Positions 29,378 to 41,829 of a DNA stretch of 64,000 bases are shown here, in pieces. The stretch comes from Octopus vulgaris. Its lineage: Eukaryota. Below the pieces are notes generated by a model that was not told the DNA's origin, did no database searches, and saw only the letters and a program-made list of their open reading frames with translations. A program made the translations under genes and the position numbers. The stretch is from assembly GCA_951406725.2 (NCBI GenBank), contig OX597822.1, forward strand, positions 77,190,001-77,254,000, written 5' to 3'. Every line of letters begins with the position of its first letter. Within the stretch, counting starts at the first letter, position 1.

Positions 29378-29773
29378 TCTTTATATATAAAAGAGAGGTT
29401 GTGTGCTGTCTGTCTCCTACGATTTAGATTCCTAACTACTCCAACATTTTGCGGTGCAGTTTAACCAAAACCGGGTATCTTATAGTCGTGATTCATATCG
29501 AGCCCTTATGGGTATTAGCGCGCGTCTACGATGAGTCTACGATTTAAAAAAAATTTACCATCAATTTTTCCCATTTTAATGCACTTTTGGCATATATAAG
29601 GGAAGTAACTCTCTAAAAAATTATTATTAAATCTCAGAACGTAAAAAGCTACAGTAACACCCCCACCCTTTGTGGTTAGCCATATTGAGATGGCAATTAT
29701 ACTTTACACCTCTAAAAATGCTTATATAGTTATTTCCCTTACAAACCCGAGCAACGCCGGGCGATACTGCTAG
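29378..29773 (+). mobile_element. Non-autonomous Helitron
   Basis: 5' TC(TTTATATATAAAAG), 3' hairpin CCCGAGCAACGCCGGG (29746-29761) then CTAG; inserted between A and T with no TSD; second copy at 41830. Confidence 0.85.
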
Positions 29774-29910
29774 TACTACATAAAGAAGAATGCGAAATGG
29801 CCGTAATTCTAAGGAAGTTACGTGATTAAATAAATACATATTCACTTCTCATATCTTCTGACTAATATATATATATATATATGCACCAAGATACATGCAC
29901 ATATACACAC

Positions 29911-30007
<97 letters not shown>

Positions 30008-30131
30008 GGAAGCAATATCCATGTAATGGATTGTTAAAAACAATCCTGCTGCCAACTGGGTTTAACCAAATATATTGTTGATAGGGAGATCATCAATATA
30101 TATATGTATAAATATTCTTATAAAATTAAAA

Positions 30132-30587
30132 AGTCAATAAAATAAAATGGAGACAAAAAATTAAAAAGATGCTTGGTTCGTTTTATTTGTATTTCAATTG
30201 GAAAAAAGTAATGCAAATTAGAAGATGATAAAGAATATACCTATAAGAGTATAAAAGGAACCGCCTCAACCAACAAAATAACCCCCAAAATATCAACAAA
30301 CAAACAAAAATATTCTACATACAAATATATATGTTTCATAATAACAATATTTAAGAATCATCATTAATTATAACTTTGAAAGGTGCAATAATCTGTATAT
30401 TGTTAGATCTCTTCAGGAAAAATAAGTGTATTTTAGTCGTGAGTTAGGAAATGACTTATTTGACTTACTGAGGGAAATGTTTAGATATTTTTTCATCGTT
30501 TAATTTGCATTACTTATCCAACTGAAATACAAATAAAACGAACCAAGCATCTTTTTCATTTTTCTTCCTCATTTTCTTTTATTGACA
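30132..30587. mobile_element. Fold-back repeat (about 90-bp inverted arms) with a degenerate hammerhead-like motif on the minus strand near 30312-30420
   Basis: Arms aaaaagatgcttggttcgttttatttgtatttca and tgaaatacaaataaaacgaaccaagcatcttttt; minus strand ttc-CTGAAGA-gatctaacaatat...atattgtta-GAAAC-atat...GTA-gaa. Confidence 0.5.
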
Positions 30588-30593
30588 TTTCAC

Positions 30594-30657
<64 letters not shown>

Positions 30658-30930
30658 GTTTAAATATTTGTTGTGCAAGATTTTTTATGTGAAGTCGTGT
30701 GTTGAAACAGTTATTGTTATATTTCGGAATGGTTAGTAAGGAGAGACACAAATAAGAAAGAAGAAAACAAAGGACCACTGATGTGGTCACAGGAGTGTGA
30801 CGAAAGAACTCTGGCCGAAATAAGATTAAGATTAATGTAAAAAATAAATAACACTGAAGCAAAATAACACCAAATATATAGTGCGTGTGTTTTTATTGTC
30901 TAAACTGGCAATATGACCATTCCGAAATAT

Positions 30931-30999
<69 letters not shown>

Positions 31000-31114
31000 A
31001 TCAAAATGAGGGTGAAAAAATTGGATAACATCAATTTTAAAACCAGTGGTCTAACATATAAAAAAACTGAGATTCAGTAAATAGTATTTCGTACATAAAT
31101 ATAAGAGGGGAAAT

Positions 31115-31290
31115 TTTTTTAACCACTATGTGGAAACCCTTATGCTATAAAAAGAGCCGCTATGGTGTGCTAAGTTTAGCACACCAGAAGCGTTTCTGGT
31201 GTGCTAAATTTTCTGGAGAACAATTCTTAGTGGTTAAGACCATAGCGGATCTTCTTCTAGCATAATGGTTTCCACATAGTGGTTAAAAAA
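31115..31290. repeat. Inverted repeat / MITE-like hairpin with about 50-bp arms
   Basis: ttttttaaccactatgtggaaacccttatgcta...ccgctatggt versus accatagcgg...tagcataatggtttccacatagtggttaaaaaa. Confidence 0.75.
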
Positions 31291-31298
31291 TATTCTCA

Positions 31299-31333
<35 letters not shown>

Positions 31334-31599
31334 CCTTCGAAACGCGATGTAGATGAAACAGGGACAACATTAACATGAACAACAGGGTATTTTTATATGT
31401 ATGTATGTATGTATGTATGAGTGCGTATGCGCGCATGTATGTGTGTATCAGTGTATCAGCGACGTGGCGTTACTTAGTGGTCAGGATTTGATTCACGATC
31501 ATAAGGTCATTAGTTCGACTCGCGGCGGCGCATTGCGTCCTTGAGCAAGACACTTTATTTGACATTGCTCCAGTCCACTCAGCAAGCAGAAATGAATGA

Positions 31600-31910
31600 T
31601 GGTCAATGAACGATGAATGATGATCAATGATGATCAATGATGATGATGACGATGACGATGGTGGTGATTGTGGTTGTGGTGCTGTTAGTGATGATGATGA
31701 TGATGATGATGATGATGGTGGTAGTGGTGGTGGTGGTGGTGGTGGTGGTGGTGGTGGTGGTGGTGGTGGTGGTAATGATGATGATGATGGAGATGATGGT
31801 AGTGATGATGATGATGATGATGATGGTGATGATGGTGATGATGGTGATGATGATGGTGGTGATGATAATGAAGGACCATGATGAATGACCATGATGATAA
31901 ATTGATGATG
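31600..31910. repeat. (GAT)n/(GGT)n trinucleotide tract
   Basis: Seen directly. Confidence 0.95.
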
Positions 31911-32329
31911 ATTGGACTAGAGCAGCTCTAGTCGATGGTGAGATTTCGTAAACCTAATTCTTACGAAATAACAGAGGCCCCGTTATATAGTCGACTTCAG
32001 AATCGTAGCGTCGTAGACGTTGCTATTTGTGTAAATGAGCGAATTGTAGTTGCTCTCGTTGATATTTAGCCCTGTATCAACCACAGTCGAACAGATGTCT
32101 TCTTAGCCTATAAACCCATCCGTGCTGAGATTGCTGATGGTTGTTGTTCTTGCTATTACTTATGCCAGAGTCGATGCTGAGCAACAGACTTATAATTTAT
32201 GGGCGTTTCAACTGTTCATATCACGTCGTTTTTTTTCTAAACGGTAGGGGTACGGGGAGTGGTTTAAAAAAGATTTAACAATTCCTAATGGGGTGAACGA
32301 CCACGCAGAACTTTGATCGTTGATTCGTT

Positions 32330-33151
32330 GTGTGTGTATGCATGCATCCATCTACGTAGGAGAACGTGTGTGTATGTATGTGTGTGAATGTATATGTGTG
32401 TATGTATGGGCGTGAATGTATATGTGTGTATGTATGTGTGTGAATATATATGTGTGTATCTATGGGCGTGAATGTATATGTGTATATGTATGTGGGTGAA
32501 TGTGTATGTGTGTGTGTGTGTACGCGTGTGAATGCATTTGTGTGTATGTACGTGTGTGAATGCATATGTGCGTATGTATGTGTCAATGTGTATATGTGTA
32601 TGTATGTGTGCGAATGTATATGTGTGTATGTATGTGTGCGAATGTAAATGTTTGTATGTACGTGTGTGAATATGTATGTATGCGTGTGGATGTATATGTG
32701 TACATGTATGTGTGTGAATGTATGTGTGTATGTATGTATGCGAATGTTAATGCATGCTTGTATGTACGTATGTGAATAGGTATGTGTGTATGTATGTGTG
32801 TCGATGTATATGTGTGTATTATATGTGTGAATGTAGATGTGTGTATGTGTGAATGTAGATGTGTATGTATGTGTGTGAATGTATATGTGTGTATGCGCGT
32901 ATTTGTTTGTGTGAGTGTCTGAAAGAGAGAGAGAGAGAGAAAGAGGGAGGGTGGGGGAGAGAGTTGTTCTCGTATTTCACCTTGCTTTTCTGAGCTTTTG
33001 TATTTATGTGCATATACCTGTACACTAAGAAGTTCATCTCTGTACAGGTGCGTCCATGCATGAAAAGCATACACACACGCATAAACATATGTATTCGTCT
33101 GTGACTATGCACGTGTTTGTGTGTGTTTGTGTGTGTATGTATATATATGTA

Positions 33152-33182
<31 letters not shown>

Positions 33183-33285
33183 GATCTGTGCGAGTGTGTA
33201 TGTGTATGTAAGTTTGTGTGAGTATGTAATTGCATGTATTTAAGCATGTGTGTGTGTATGTGTGTGTGTATGTATGTGCGCGCGT
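32330..33285. repeat. Degenerate (TG)/(TATG)/(TGAA) low-complexity tract
   Basis: Seen directly. Confidence 0.85.
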
Positions 33286-33574
33286 ACAGGAGTACTTAGA
33301 AATTCGCAGACACAGCAGTGCCGAATGCTAAAGCCGTTCGCTCAACAATCATGAGTTTCCGGATTCCAGCCCGTTACGCAGTATCTTGAGTAAGTCCTTT
33401 TACTAAAAACCTTGTGACTTAAAAAAGTATTGGCAGAGACTGTTAAGAAGTTCGTGGATTAATTAGGCTGAGTATGTGATTTATTTAAAGACCTAACCTT
33501 ATCACACTAGTGTGTTGCTTACGTCTGACGATTATGTTGCGAGATTCTGTACAGGATAGGATAGGATAAAGATC

Positions 33575-33822
33575 TGTCCCGAGTCATATAGCTTTATGGG
33601 GCCGGTTTCCCGGTTTCCATGGCATATATATTCCCCCTCCCCACCCCTGGGCAGGACATCAGCCCACCTCAGGGTTACTTATTTTTGCCAGCTGAATAGA
33701 CTGGAGCAACTTGAATGAAGTGTCTTGTTCAAGAACATCACGCGTTGTCTGGTCCAGGAATCGAAGCCACAATTTTATGATCATGAGTCCAACACCCCTA
33801 ACCACTAAGCCACGCGCCTCCA
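33575..33822 (-). mobile_element. SINE type C with tail e
   Basis: Minus strand GTGGAGGCGCGTGGCTTAGTGG head; tail atgccatggaaaccgggaaaccggccc. Confidence 0.8.
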
Positions 33823-33951
33823 CAGAACCTGTAATGGTTGAATACTCGGTCACCTACAAACATACTCAATGAGTAGGTGTTTCAGTTGATTGAATAGCTA
33901 AATATTCATCGATGAAACGGACAGAGAACCATTTAGTTACTGTCGCTGAAT

Positions 33952-35058
33952 CAGAGCCGGATTAAGACCCACAGCGGCACTAAGTACTTAAAAAATGTTG
34001 CTGCCTCCGTATATATGTAATTCAAAATATTAAAAAAATAATAAACCATAAAATAAATTTTCATTTTTTAAAACGAAGCAAAACTAAAAGGAAGATGAAT
34101 AATAATGTTCATTTTTGTAAACTTCCTCTTTAGTCTTCTACTTTTTAATTGTAAAGTCTTTGGATCAGGCCCTCAGTATTGATCTTACGTGGCACATCTG
34201 CTTCTACACTTAGTAGAGATAAGGCATCCAGCCTGCCTTGTTGCATACTTGTTCTGATGGGACTTTTAATATATTGGGTTGTCCGGAAAGTTCGTACCGA
34301 TTTATAGTAGCTTACCTTTCGACTTATTTTAGAACATGGTTGAGTCCATAAAATAGGATTTGACTACACCTCCATTTAGAGCACAGTTTAAACTATCTTT
34401 TCGTGGAAAGTTTTTATGTTCCTATAACCTGTGTTAATTCTGTAACCCTTTAAAATGGAAAATAAGAAAGTTCATTTTCGGCACTTGATGCTTTGGGAAC
34501 CAGACAAAAATTGCTGCAGCTCGGCTGGGCTGTGTTACCCCACCCTCCATATTCACCAGATATTGCTCCTTCGGATTTCCACTAATTCAGGTCTCTGCAG
34601 AATAGTCTTAATGGTAAAAATTTCAATTCCTTGGATGATGCACAAAGATACCTTGATGAATTATTTGCCACGAAACCACCTCAATTCTGGGAAGAGGGTA
34701 TTTTCAAGATGAAGGGAAAATGGAGACGCATTGTGCAACAAAATGGTTCATATTTGGTAGATTAAAAATGTAATGGCAAGTATTTATTGACCTTTTTCTT
34801 TCCTTTAAAATCGGCACGAACTTTCCGGACAATCCAATACTTCAACTGAGAAAATGAACGTTCAGCTGAGAAATTTGTGATCATTAATGTCGAAAATATA
34901 CGAAAGGCAATGTCTATATTTGGAAAGGCACACTCAATAATGTTTATTTTAGCAAGTTAAAAGTGATTTCTTTTGTACTGTAAACCATTTACCTTTTCTG
35001 TGATGTCCCTTTCCCTTGATGCACGTGATTATTTTCATTAATGGTCAAGCCAGCGCTG
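33952..35058 (-). mobile_element. Internally deleted hAT DNA transposon retaining the C-terminal dimerisation domain
   Basis: With the nested mariner removed, the minus strand reads FPNIDIAFRIFSTLMITNFSAERSFSQLKYIKSPIRTSMQQGRLDALSLLSVEAD. TIRs cagagccggattaa / cagcgctggcttga are imperfect; the 8-bp TSD cgctgaat / cgctaagt matches at 6 of 8. Confidence 0.8.
34274..34837 (+). mobile_element. Internally deleted mariner transposon
   Basis: About 30-bp TIRs ttgggttgtccggaaagttcgtaccgattt / aaatcggcacgaactttccggacaatccaa with TA TSD; the N-terminus MENKKVHFRHLMLW is joined out of frame to LPHPPYSPDIAPSDFH...WRRIVQQNGSYLVD*. Confidence 0.92.
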
Positions 35059-35112
35059 CGCTAAGTAAAGATATATTTACTCGGTCCAGTGAATGACTTT
35101 ATGAGAAATATC

Positions 35113-35330
35113 CTTTCTGCTATCGGCACAAAACTTGAAATTTGGTTGGATGGGGAGGAGAAGTCGATCACATTCACCCCAGTGCTCAATTGGTACTGAT
35201 TTCATCGACCCCCAAAAAGGACGAAAAGCAAAGTCGACTTCGGCGGAATTTGAAATCAGAACGTGAAAGTTGCTGAAATGCCGCTAAGCATTTTGTCCGG
35301 CGTGCTACCGATACTCCCAACACGCCAGCT
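35113..35330 (-). mobile_element. SINE type B, diverged monomer
   Basis: Reverse complement of the core and head. Confidence 0.7.
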
Positions 35331-35621
35331 TCTTTACGAGAAATATCAAATAAGAACAAAATCACTTCCGCAAATGTACAGGTGCATAAATGTGCAATAC
35401 ATGCACACAGCAACATATAAAAGGACTTAAGCACAATCACACGCTTCTCTGTATACACATAGGCATCTTCTGACTCCGTGTTAGTATCCCTGTGTTTCTC
35501 TGTCGCTCTCTCTCTCTCTCTCTCTCTGTCTGTCTCTCTCCCTATTTATCTATCTATCTGTCCATCTCTCTCTCTCTCTCTCTCCATCCGCCTCGCTCCC
35601 TCTCTGAATCTCTCTCTCTCC

Positions 35622-35663
<42 letters not shown>

Positions 35664-35789
35664 ATGTATATATATATATATATATATCTTTCTGTCAATT
35701 TATCTATCTGTCTGTCTGTTTATCTTTCCATCTGTCTTTCCTCTCTCCCTCTCTCACTTTCTCTGTACACACTCGCACGCATTATGTAC

Positions 35790-36015
35790 GCGTTAGGACG
35801 TTGCACTCACGATCACAAAATCGTGGTTTCGATTCCCGGACCAGGCGGTGCATTGCGTTCTTGAGCAAAACACTTCATTTCAAGTAGTTCTGGGATCCCT
35901 TCGACACTGTGAACCTCTACAGGCAATGTCGAGTTTTCGATAGAGGGACTCAGCTGATGTACGGCACAAACATTTGATTACTGTAAGCAAATCATCTGTC
36001 CAGGCTGTTCAGTAA
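35790..36015 (+). mobile_element. SINE type C with tail d
   Basis: GGTTTCGATTCCC B box; tail caaacatttgattactgtaagcaaatca. Confidence 0.7.
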
Positions 36016-36290
36016 GACCTGGGAACACAAAGCGACCCAGGTTCAAATCCCGCGGGAAGCAGGATCTTGGAAGCAGCAGGAGGACACTTAGGAGTCATGA
36101 CCTGGATGGGCCCAGCTCTCGTAGAGTCTGTGAGGTACAAGGGCCGAAACACTTGTCGGATGAGAGTTCTTCCTCTGAAGAACTATCCTGCTGTGCGCTA
36201 ACCTTCCGGCGAGTTTCTGTTATACATATATATATGTGTGTATGTGTGTGTGTGTGTGTATTTTATATATATATATAATATATATATATA

Positions 36291-36678
36291 TAGGCGTGGC
36301 TGTGTGGTAAATAGCTTGCTAACCAACCTCATGGTTCCGGGTTCAGTCCCACTGCGTGGCATCTTGGGCAAGTGTCTTCTGCTATAGCCCCTGGCCGACC
36401 AATGCCTTGTGAGTGGATTTGGTAGACGGAAACTGAAAGAAGCCTGTCGTATATATGTATATATATGTATGTGTGTGTGTGTGTTTATGTGTCTGTGTTT
36501 GTTCCCCTAGCATTGCTTGACAACCGATGCTGATGTGTTTACGTCCCCGTCATTTAGCGGTTCGGCAAAAAGAGACCGATAGAATAAGTACTGGGGTCGA
36601 GTTGCTCGATTAAAGGCGGTGCTCCAGCATGGCCGCAGTCAAATGACCGAAACAAGTAAAAGAGTAAAAGAGTAAAGA

Positions 36679-36680
<2 letters not shown>
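36291..36680 (+). mobile_element. SINE type A
   Basis: Complete copy ending in (AGTAAAAG)n. Confidence 0.9.
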
Positions 36681-36714
<34 letters not shown>

Positions 36715-37213
36715 ATGTATATGAGAAAGAGAAATGTGTATGCATATATATATATATGCGCGTGTATGCATGCATGTATGTATGTGCGTTTGTGTGTCTG
36801 TGCACATTACATATATGTATGCATGTGTGTGTGTGTATACACGCACATGCGTATAAACACAAACAATTGAATATCACCGTTGCCTTGAAGTTGTTTTCTG
36901 TAAACGAGTATTTCATACACACAGTATCAGTTTCACACGCGTAAACATACACACACTCACACTTGTTCCCCGACGCACACACATGCTCTTTCTCGCGCTT
37001 TCACTCTCTCCCTCCCCCTTTCTCTCTCTCTTCCTTTTTCACACACATGCATATACACACGCACAAAGGTACACATGCACACGTGTATTTGCATACGTAC
37101 CTATCATCACGTAAACACATACTCGTCTTTCACCACTAAAAGTACTTTTTATCAGTGTTTCACTCATTGACAAATGCCAGCACTACTCAAATACACGCAC
37201 AAACACACGCACG

Positions 37214-37258
<45 letters not shown>

Positions 37259-37289
37259 ACACATACACACACACATGAGAGAGACGCAC

Positions 37290-37430
37290 TAGCGTAGCTA
37301 AAGTGTGTGCCGCCCCAGGACCCCACAAAAACACATGTTACCTACAGCAGACACCCCTCCAAAAGTGGAGTACCTTTAGAAGTGTCGCCCAGGGCGGACC
37401 GCCCCTACCACCCCACCACTAGCTACGCTG
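37290..37430. mobile_element. Possible hAT-type MITE
   Basis: Short TIR agcgtagcta / tagctacgct around a GC-rich interior. Confidence 0.4.
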
Positions 37431-37459
37431 ACCATGCGTCCCCACCCCACTATCTACGC

Positions 37460-37737
37460 TAAGGTGTTGCACTCACGATTGCAAGATCGCGCTTTCAATT
37501 ACTAGACCCGGTGCTGCGTTGGATTCTTGAGCAAAACACTTCATCTCACGCAACGCTGCGGCCATTTTGACACCTGACGTTCGGTACTCCGTGGCACCTG
37601 TTCAGGCGACGTTGATTTATTGGAAGGGTGAGCTAATGTGCCACACGAACATTTGATCACTATAAACAAGACATTTGTGCAGGTCGTTCGGCAAACACTG
37701 AACGCTCATATATTGTCTTCTGCTAGACAGACCATCA
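37460..37737 (+). mobile_element. SINE type C with tail d
   Basis: Homologous to 35790-36015 and to the reverse complement of 56640-56883. Confidence 0.7.
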
Positions 37738-37752
37738 CGTGCGTATGTATAA

Positions 37753-37791
37753 GTCTGACGAAGCCTTAAATGCCCGAAACTTCGAAGTCAC
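37753..37791 (+). ncRNA. Minimal hammerhead-like motif, intact core, weak stems I and II
   Basis: gt-CTGACGA-agccttaaatgccc-GAAAC-TTCGAA-GTC-ac; stem III is the perfect palindrome ACTTCGAAGT and the triplet is GUC. Confidence 0.55.
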
Positions 37792-38083
37792 AGTGAATAA
37801 TATTCTTCTTTAAGAATAATAAATTTGTAATCTATTAAGCATAGAGCAACCCATCAGATTAATGTAAAATTGTTTGTATTATTACTGAATAATGGTTAGG
37901 CACTGGGTTGGGGCAAAAATGCATACACAGCAACTATATAAATATAATGATATAATGCACCTATCAATCAAAAAATTGTTGGAAACAGCTGTAAAGAATT
38001 GACACCTATTCATCGCTTCTAATATACATACATACATAAAGGCGGTGCTCCAGCATAGCTGCAGTCAAATGACTGAAACAAAA

Positions 38084-38133
<50 letters not shown>

Positions 38134-39174
38134 TTTTATTTGTACTGGAATCGTTTTGTTCGACTGATACCCTTCAGGCTGTGCCCCAGCATGGCCGCAC
38201 TCGAATGACTGCAACAAATGAAAGATAAAAAAATAAAAGATATTTCTATACGGGTACCGACATGACCCACCCTTTTCGTTGTAAGAAACAAAAGAGCATC
38301 AAATACATACACACACAGAACGTACACACACGCACACAAGACACACACATACACACACAAACCCACAGTTAGAGTCATGTGCACTCAACCGCCCATCGCC
38401 TGCCGCATCCACGACCCCATATACTTATTACACCCACCCTCAATCCATCCGTCAGCCCCTCAACCTTTGCACCTCGCCGTAAGAAACCGCAATGAATTCA
38501 CACATGCATACGCACATGAACAAACAAACACACATACATACACACATAGAATAATACATACAGATATACATACATACATACATACATACATGCCTCGACA
38601 CAAACACGTATACATACAGACTCAGACATATATACATACATACATACACACACTCAAACACATACATATATACACAAACACACACACACATAGACGCATA
38701 GACACGCGCGTGCACTCAACTGCCCACCACCTATCTTCCCACAACTGCACATCTACCTGCCTCCCAGCGCCACCAAATACCCGATTCCCACCCTGAACAT
38801 TGCTCTAACGAAAGATATCATTGTCAGAATCTATTTAAAACTCTCGAAAAGCTGACGTTACTTGCTAACAGACAGTCTTACTATTCCTTATTATTATTAT
38901 TACTGCTACTATAATTATTATTACTATTATTATTATCATTATTATCATCATCATCATCATCATCATCATCATCGTCGTTGTTGTTGTTGTTTGATTTTGG
39001 CAATTTCTGTACTACAACCCACACATATCTTGCCACAAAAAAATACTTCATTTACACTACGTACAATCATATACTACCACCCACGCTATTACAACATATA
39101 ACTACGTTTATCACCACCTACGTCCATACTGTTTTATCTGCTCTACTACAATCTTCTGTCGTTAACCCAGTGAT

Positions 39175-39545
39175 TAAACGGCGGCCATGTTGGAGCACCG
39201 CCTTGAATTTTGAATCGAATGATTCGACCCCAGTACTTATTTCATCGGTTCTCTTTTGCTGAACCGCTAAGTTACGGGGACGCAAGCAAACACAACAATA
39301 CGGGTTGTCAGGTAGTTGTGTGCGGATAAAAAAAGGCAGAAAGGCACACATATAGATAGGTACATAATCATGTATGTATACTCGGGCTTCTTTCAGTTTC
39401 TGTCTACCAAATCCACCCACGTGGTTTTGGCTGGCCCAAGGCTATAGTAGAAGACACTTTGATCCAAGGTGCAATGCAGTGGGACTGAACCCGGAACCAT
39501 GTGATTGGGAAGCAATCTTCGTGCCACACAGGTAGGCCTGCGCCT
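39175..39545 (-). mobile_element. SINE type A, diverged
   Basis: Reverse-complement match. Confidence 0.75.
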
Positions 39546-39916
39546 ACATAACATATTACTATGCTTTACAATTCATATTATTAGAACTAAAACTGGTACT
39601 CCGTCGGTTGCGACGACGAGAGATCCAGTTGATCCGATCAAAAGAAAAGCCTGATCATGGAATTGACGGGAAAGTGGCTCAGTACTCCACAGACACGTGG
39701 ACCTTTAACGTGGTTCACATAGAGATTCAGCATGACTCAGAATGTGATATGGCTGGCCATTTGAAATACAGCTGCAACTCATTTTTGCCAGTTGAATGGA
39801 CTGGAGCATCATTATATAAAGTGAGTGTATTTTATATATATATTTATAAAGCCGGCGAGCTGGCATATATATATTTATAGTATATATATATATATATTTT
39901 ATCGCATTCTGACTTT

Positions 39917-39951
<35 letters not shown>

Positions 39952-40021
39952 ATACACACACACATATATATATATATGTACATATTATACATATATATAA
40001 GCAACAATATATCAAGAAGTG

Positions 40022-40108
40022 ATGCAGTACGACCGTTTCAAGCGACTCCATTTATTTGAATAATGCAATCATTACACAATTTAAATGCAGAACTATCCTC
40101 AGCTGCAC
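40022..40108 (-). ncRNA. Type-I hammerhead-like motif, intact core
   Basis: gtgcag-CTGAGGA-[long stem II]-GAAAC-GGTC-GTA-ctgcat; 6-bp stem I. Confidence 0.7.
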
Positions 40109-40365
40109 AAATAAGTAAATAGAATTTTAATCAGTCGGACACACTAAAATAATTTTACTCAAATACTCCAATAGAGCAAGAAGATAAAAAAAAAATTCAT
40201 GTTGTCGCTATTGTATCTAAGAATATATTACACTTCCAAGAAATGTATGAAGTTTGTTGGAGTCATAGCTTGTAAAGGATTGTGGTTCATTTTTGATTCA
40301 TTAGTCTTTTTATAAAAAATTATATTAATGTGTCCGGCTGATTAAAACTGTATTTATTTATTTGT

Positions 40366-40449
40366 GTAGCTGAGGATCGCCCTGCATTTAAACTGATGTA
40401 ATGATTGCATTGATCAATTAAATGGAGCCGCTTGAAACGCTCGTACTGC
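40366..40449 (+). ncRNA. Type-I hammerhead-like motif, intact core
   Basis: gtag-CTGAGGA-[catttaa...ttaaatg stem II]-GAAAC-GCTC-GTA-ctgc. Confidence 0.65.
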
Positions 40450-41430
40450 TTCACTTCTTGATATCCTGTTGCTTATTTTGATTTTATTCACCTTACTTTG
40501 AGCTGTACGGATAATATGATTACACACACACACACACAACTAAATTGAGGGTGAAGTTCAACCATTCCACCTTGTTAACAAGCCAAGTGTACATTAACAT
40601 TTTGCTACCGGTCATTCGCTGATTATAGAATTCATCTATAAACTTATAAGTGTAATAATTGCACACGCATGTATATACAAATACATGCATGCATACCTAC
40701 ATATATACACATACCTATGCATTCAAATTACACACACACTATGCATACATACATACATACATACATACATACATACATACATACATACATACACACATAC
40801 ATGCATACATATATATATATATATATATATAAGTCCATTGTGTATTAATGAAGGAGCACGTGCGCATGTTTTAGTATAAGCTTATGTGAGTGTATATGGT
40901 ATATGTGAGGAGGTGTGGTTTCTTCACCCGCCATTTTATTTATTTATTTATTTTGCTTTTTCCTTATTTCTTCCCTTCTTTCTCTTTTCTTTTTCAATTC
41001 ACTCATTCTTTCTTTCTTTCTTTTAATCGTTCTTTCTTTCTTTCTTTGACTTGCAAACTACATTCTTCACCTTCCAGTAATCAGTCTAGATTAATGAAAA
41101 GCCATACTAATTACAGTTTTAATCAACTTCGTAACTCTGATGAGAATGTTCGTTTAATTAAAATATTAATACTAATTGACACACCATACCATATATATAT
41201 ATATATATATATAATATCATATCATATATATATAATATCATATAATATCATATTTTTAAAGGTTAATTATCGAATGGTGGTTGATGTTATGATTAATGCG
41301 GTAATTAGAACATTGTTCATTTTTCATTTGATGTTTAAAGGGGATAACATACATTGCGTTGGTATTTTTTCCTGTAACAATGCTTTTCTATGGAAAATAT
41401 ATAACACACACACATACATTCGTACACACA

Positions 41431-41492
<62 letters not shown>

Positions 41493-41829
41493 TGCGCGTG
41501 TGAATATGCCCATAAAGAGGGAGACAGGGGCTCACGGTGATAGAGAGACAGAGGGAGAGAAAGAGTTATCATTGTTATAGCTGAATGCTGTTTAATTACT
41601 TTATGTTTCGCGTTAAAGAAGGCGTTCATCAGTTAGCAATAACAACTAAGACCGTTTTGAAAAAAAGAATCTTTTGATTTTATCTTTTAGTGAAGCTTAA
41701 ATGCATACCCCGGACCATTTGTAGCAGTGAACCCTAAGATTTTTGCACCAGGGGCCGGTTCCATATAAAACAGTTTTTCCACGGCACATGGGATCATGAA
41801 CATAACAAAACACAATATAGTCCATAATA

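Larger units (their letters stand above)
39998..40475. mobile_element. Fold-back element with about 150-bp inverted arms, each carrying a hammerhead-like motif
   Basis: Arms at about 39998-40148 and 40325-40475 are imperfect reverse complements. Confidence 0.8.

Noticed and set aside
31470-31892. Pro/Ser-, Asp/Gly- or His-rich protein ORFs
   Set aside because: Translations of a (GAT)/(GGT) triplet tract; open in several frames only because of low complexity.
34455-34712. Functional mariner transposase
   Set aside because: Most of the ORF is deleted, and the remaining C-terminal part is out of frame and contains a stop.
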